Shown here: positions 57,792-64,000 of the stretch, piece by piece
Layout: each line of letters opens with the position of its first letter
How positions within the stretch are numbered: position 1 is the stretch's first letter
Source: Eledone cirrhosa
Taxonomy: Eukaryota
Direction of reading: 5' to 3'
DNA: 64,000 bases
Assembly: GCA_964016885.1 (NCBI GenBank)
Contig: OZ024742.1
Span: 300,576,001 to 300,640,000 of the forward strand
Made by a program: the position numbers and the translations under genes
The notes under the pieces: generated by a model
Seen by the model: the letters and a program-made list of their open reading frames with translations, nothing else
Database searches by the model: none
What the model was told of the DNA's origin: nothing

Positions 57792-60458
57792 AATTTTCAT
57801 AGAAAAAGCATATAACGATATGTGCTTTTACGATTCTCTAGAGAGGCCGGAAGATAGGTAAATATTGCTGATGAGTTGTAACAACAACGAAACTAGTTCA
57901 ATATTCCTTGTCTGGCTTTCTGGAGAATAGAGGAAAGGTGTTTCCTCAAAAACCAGTATGACTCTAAAAACCGGTTTGTCTGTGTGTTTACATACAGAAT
58001 AGCTGGCCACTCACAGTAAAGTGACCAGTGAAAAAACTTGGTACATCTACATATGTATACGTGTGTGTATTCATATACATACTAGTATTTCAGTATACAT
58101 ATATGGATGTACATCTTTAACTTAATTGTTTAAGCGTCAGTCATACAAAAGTGAGTTACAAACGAAACGAAATTTAATTTCGTTTCGTTATTTGTTTTTA
58201 TCGTCTCCGTTGAACCGGTACTTACTCACACTCTATGCAAATTAGTCTGCCCACTACTAATTTTCATAGAAAAAGCATATAACGATATGTGCTTTTACGA
58301 TTCTCTAGAGAGGCCGGAAGATAGGTAAATATTGCTGATGAGTTGTAACAACAACGAAACTAGTTCAATATTCCTTGTCTGGCTTTCTGGAGAATAGAGG
58401 AAAGGTGTTTCCTCAAAAACCAGTATGACTCTAAAAACCGGTTTGTCTGTGTGTTTACATACAGAATAGCTGGCCACTCACAGTAAAGTGACCAGTGAAA
58501 AAACTTGGTACATCTACATATGTATACGTGTGTGTATTCATATACATACTAGTATTTCAGTATACATATATGGATGTACATCTTTAACTTAATTGTTTAA
58601 GCGTCAGTCATACAAAAGTGAGTTACAAACGAAACGAAATTTAATTTCGTTTCGTTATTTGTTTTTATCGTCTCCGTTGAACCGGTACTTACTCACACTC
58701 TATGCAAATTAGTCTGCCCACTACTAATTTTCATAGAAAAAGCATATAACGATATGTGCTTTTACGATTCTCTAGAGAGGCCGGAAGATAGGTAAATATT
58801 GCTGATGAGTTGTAACAACAACGAAACTAGTTCAATATTCCTTGTCTGGCTTTCTGGAGAATAGAGGAAAGGTGTTTCCTCAAAAACCAGTATGACTCTA
58901 AAAACCGGTTTGTCTGTGTGTTTACATACAGAATAGCTGGCCACTCACAGTAAAGTGACCAGTGAAAAAACTTGGTACATCTACATATGTATACGTGTGT
59001 GTATTCATATACATACTAGTATTTCAGTATACATATATGGATGTACATCTTTAACTTAATTGTTTAAGCGTCAGTCATACAAAAGTGAGTTACAAACGAA
59101 ACGAAATTTAATTTCGTTTCGTTATTTGTTTTTATCGTCTCCGTTGAACCGGTACTTACTCACACTCTATGCAAATTAGTCTGCCCACTACTAATTTTCA
59201 TAGAAAAAGCATATAACGATATGTGCTTTTACGATTCTCTAGAGAGGCCGGAAGATAGGTAAATATTGCTGATGAGTTGTAACAACAACGAAACTAGTTC
59301 AATATTCCTTGTCTGGCTTTCTGGAGAATAGAGGAAAGGTGTTTCCTCAAAAACCAGTATGACTCTAAAAACCGGTTTGTCTGTGTGTTTACATACAGAA
59401 TAGCTGGCCACTCACAGTAAAGTGACCAGTGAAAAAACTTGGTACATCTACATATGTATACGTGTGTGTATTCATATACATACTAGTATTTCAGTATACA
59501 TATATGGATGTACATCTTTAACTTAATTGTTTAAGCGTCAGTCATACAAAAGTGAGTTACAAACGAAACGAAATTTAATTTCGTTTCGTTATTTGTTTTT
59601 ATCGTCTCCGTTGAACCGGTACTTACTCACACTCTATGCAAATTAGTCTGCCCACTACTAATTTTCATAGAAAAAGCATATAACGATATGTGCTTTTACG
59701 ATTCTCTAGAGAGGCCGGAAGATAGGTAAATATTGCTGATGAGTTGTAACAACAACGAAACTAGTTCAATATTCCTTGTCTGGCTTTCTGGAGAATAGAG
59801 GAAAGGTGTTTCCTCAAAAACCAGTATGACTCTAAAAACCGGTTTGTCTGTGTGTTTACATACAGAATAGCTGGCCACTCACAGTAAAGTGACCAGTGAA
59901 AAAACTTGGTACATCTACATATGTATACGTGTGTGTATTCATATACATACTAGTATTTCAGTATACATATATGGATGTACATCTTTAACTTAATTGTTTA
60001 AGCGTCAGTCATACAAAAGTGAGTTACAAACGAAACGAAATTTAATTTCGTTTCGTTATTTGTTTTTATCGTCTCCGTTGAACCGGTACTTACTCACACT
60101 CTATGCAAATTAGTCTGCCCACTACTAATTTTCATAGAAAAAGCATATAACGATATGTGCTTTTACGATTCTCTAGAGAGGCCGGAAGATAGGTAAATAT
60201 TGCTGATGAGTTGTAACAACAACGAAACTAGTTCAATATTCCTTGTCTGGCTTTCTGGAGAATAGAGGAAAGGTGTTTCCTCAAAAACCAGTATGACTCT
60301 AAAAACCGGTTTGTCTGTGTGTTTACATACAGAATAGCTGGCCACTCACAGTAAAGTGACCAGTGAAAAAACTTGGTACATCTACATATGTATACGTGTG
60401 TGTATTCATATACATACTAGTATTTCAGTATACATATATGGATGTACATCTTTAACTT

Positions 60459-60462
<4 letters not shown>
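57792..60462 (+). repeat. right arm: ~5.7 inverted tandem copies of the same unit (ribozyme sense = plus)
   Basis: Reverse complement of the left arm; six HHR motifs starting at 57861, 58328, 58795, 59262, 59729 and 60196; ends in (TA)n. Confidence 0.97.
57861..57905 (+). ncRNA. minimal type I hammerhead ribozyme motif (representative of 14 copies)
   Basis: AATATTG-CTGATGA-GTTGT aaca ACAAC-GAAA-CTAG-TT-CAATATT: perfect 7-bp stem I, 5-bp stem II, palindromic stem III ACTAGT, predicted cleavage after GUU at 57898. Confidence 0.88.
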
Positions 60463-60495
<33 letters not shown>

Positions 60496-60614
60496 ATAAG
60501 GGTTGACGGACACACCATATTTATCAATGCCAGTACCGGTTGTATCTCAGCGCACTCCATGGGCAGTGTAAGATACATTCCCAGAGCATACACAAAGTTA
60601 TTTGCTTCAACACA

Positions 60615-60763
<149 letters not shown>

Positions 60764-60861
60764 TAAGTTATTCCGGGTTGAATCGGAGGTAACCACAGTA
60801 AGTAAGGTACTCAATACATAGCATGATTTCTCAGGAATGAAACAGTTCTAGTCCTGTAGAA

Positions 60862-60910
<49 letters not shown>

Positions 60911-61202
60911 TATATATATTATATATTTGTGAGTGAATTATAATATTATATTAATATTATAATGTTATTAATATTCGATTTGTTTGTAAGCAAACAGCCT
61001 CATAAACACCATATGTGTTTTCTAGATCATAACGTCATCCTTTTGTTCCAGTGTTAGCTGAGAGAAAATAATTGACAATTGTTTCGGAATTATTGTTCCA
61101 ACAGTTTTCCAAGAAATGGCGACCTGAATAGACTTTTTTTTCATTTCTGCCACTGCTCACTGTTCTCTATCTTTCTATTTCTTCTTTAGTTTTTCATACA
61201 AT

Positions 61203-61238
61203 TTTCTGATGAAGGACTAACGGCTAAAACGTTAAGAC
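61203..61238 (+). ncRNA. degenerate HHR-like motif, probably a Penelope-type relic
   Basis: CTGATGA-aggactaacggct-AAAA-CGTT; GAAA is mutated and stem II is poor. Confidence 0.3.
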
Positions 61239-61799
61239 TCTATTCCTACTATATCAAGCGTAAATATATATCTTCATTGTACTGAGACGTTTGCTTTGTC
61301 ACTTCTATTTACTTTTTGCATATATATATATGATGATGATTTCCTTCGAATGAAATAGTTCTAGTCCTGTAGAAGCCATTTCTATATACACCCTAGAGGT
61401 TAACTGTACACTTTCAGGCAAGCTAACAAGCTCGCAGCATTACCACGGGTGATGACGTGTTAAAAGTGATTTATCAGATATTACAATTTCAAGAGCTTCG
61501 GTGGAACAAATATCACTTTCAGATTCATCTTCTTTGTATGAACTACCTGAATTAATAATTGACCAACATAAACTATATCTTACATTGGAATTGTGTAGAG
61601 ACAAAATAAAATGTGCGAGTACTGTAGTGTTGTTATGTTTTTCATTTCGGAAAGAGTGTAAATGTGAGTAATAATGGTTCCTTACCACAATTCCTTTGTT
61701 ATATATATATATATATATTATAGGAACGACCGACTTTCGTCAAATCGGACCAAGGGAACAATGTTTCCGTTGGTCTTTCCAATTGCTAATACTATCTAT

Positions 61800-61934
61800 C
61801 GGTCGCAACTCCAGGTAGAAGGAGCAACGTGAAATAAAGTGTCTTGCTCAAGGACAGAACGCATCGCCTGGTCCAGGAATCGAACTCACAACCTTACGAC
61901 AGCGAATCCAATTCTCTAACCACTCAGCCACACG
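61800..61934 (-). mobile_element. tRNA-derived SINE (family C)
   Basis: Minus strand reads GTGGCTGAGTGG (A box), GAGTTCGATTCC (B box), then TGTCCTTGAGCAAGACACTT. Confidence 0.8.
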
Positions 61935-61945
61935 TATATATATAT

Positions 61946-62925
<980 letters not shown>

Positions 62926-62931
62926 CTTATG

Positions 62932-62974
<43 letters not shown>

Positions 62975-63139
62975 ATATATATGTATGTATATATGCATGT
63001 ATTGCTGAACTCCACGTGGGGTCAGTAATAGTCACTCCTTGAATTAGCAATTGAACTAAAACCTGTTGATAAAGTGACTTCCTTGTTCAATCATCTTACC
63101 AGAAGCCTAACATTATTTATGTAAGCGGACAGTACTTGA

Positions 63140-63325
63140 AAGGCGGTGGATTGGTAGTATCAGTAGAGGGTCGGACGCCATGCTTTCCAGTTTAGTTATG
63201 TCCCTTTACGATCTGAGTTCAAATCCCGCCGAGGTTAACTTTGCCTTTCATCCTTACGGGGTCGATAAAATAAAGTACCAGTAATGCACTGGGTAATTGC
63301 TGGCCTTGTGCCTAAACTAGAAACA
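63140..63325 (+). mobile_element. full-length SINE family A with 28-bp TSD
   Basis: ATTATTTATGTAAGCGGACAGTACTTGA at 63112-63139 and 63326-63353. Confidence 0.9.
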
Positions 63326-63593
63326 ATTATTTATGTAAGCGGACAGTACTTGATTTAGGAGTCGCAGAAACCCAAATACTGGATTTACCAACCTTCCACG
63401 GGTCCGGGTCAATTTTCAATCACATATATTTTTATTGTTTGACCCGAATTACTTGGTCGTTTGTTTAACCATCGTCTCAGTGTGTTTGGCTTTTAACGTA
63501 TGTTGTAGCTGTGGTTCATCTGAATCATCGAGCACTTGCCACACATCTCGGAAGTTGTTTTTCGTTAATTCCTAGGGCGAAATACGATTCTCG

Positions 63594-63645
<52 letters not shown>

Positions 63646-63650
63646 ATATA

Positions 63651-63869
<219 letters not shown>

Positions 63870-63888
63870 ATATATATATATATATATA

Positions 63889-64000
63889 TCTAAGGCGGGT
63901 AAAATTCCCGAGATCCATGGACGAGTTCTCTCCAGCGGTCTCTGTCCCTCATTATCGCTGCCATGTCCTGCGTCTCCAACAGACCAGTGTCTGTCCTTAG
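63889..64000 (-). mobile_element. RTE-like LINE 3' end running off the window edge
   Basis: Minus strand reads [27 protein letters not shown]..., followed by (TA)n. Confidence 0.6.

Noticed and set aside
54213-60345. 14 copies of a 60-aa ORF (MASYSVCK...)
   Set aside because: GTG start, no recognisable domain, and antisense to the ribozyme; its recurrence only reflects the repeat
54026-60462. CRISPR-like or tRNA/5S gene array
   Set aside because: Units are identical throughout with no variable spacers; no tRNA or 5S features seen

Overview
Eukaryotic (animal) repeat-rich DNA with no recognisable host gene exon. The SINE style and extreme microsatellite load suggest an octopus-like cephalopod (inference). 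The window falls into three microsatellite-defined transposon zones. (1) About 5.4-9.9 kb: (CATA)n arrays interleaved with RLE-type LINE 3' ends and non-coding RTE-like units. (2) About 18-49.6 kb: a chain of R4/Dong-like RT+RLE LINEs (+ strand), Tx1/L1-like APE+RT LINEs (- strand) and SINEs, mostly joined by (AAT)n. (3) About 51-64 kb: (TA)n arrays carrying Penelope-associated elements. The main result is in zone 3. A 6.4-kb array of a nearly invariant 467-bp non-coding unit (8 copies, then about 5.7 inverted copies) carries one minimal hammerhead ribozyme (HHR) motif per unit. Two neighbouring, unrelated fold-back insertions also carry HHR motifs, and a fourth miniature carries a degenerate one. 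All four have the same head-to-head polarity, with 3' ends facing outward into (TA)n. This looks like a retrozyme/Penelope-mobilised circular-RNA system that integrates by two-sided priming. Ribozyme folds were read by eye and not computed; family names rest on motifs, not database hits.
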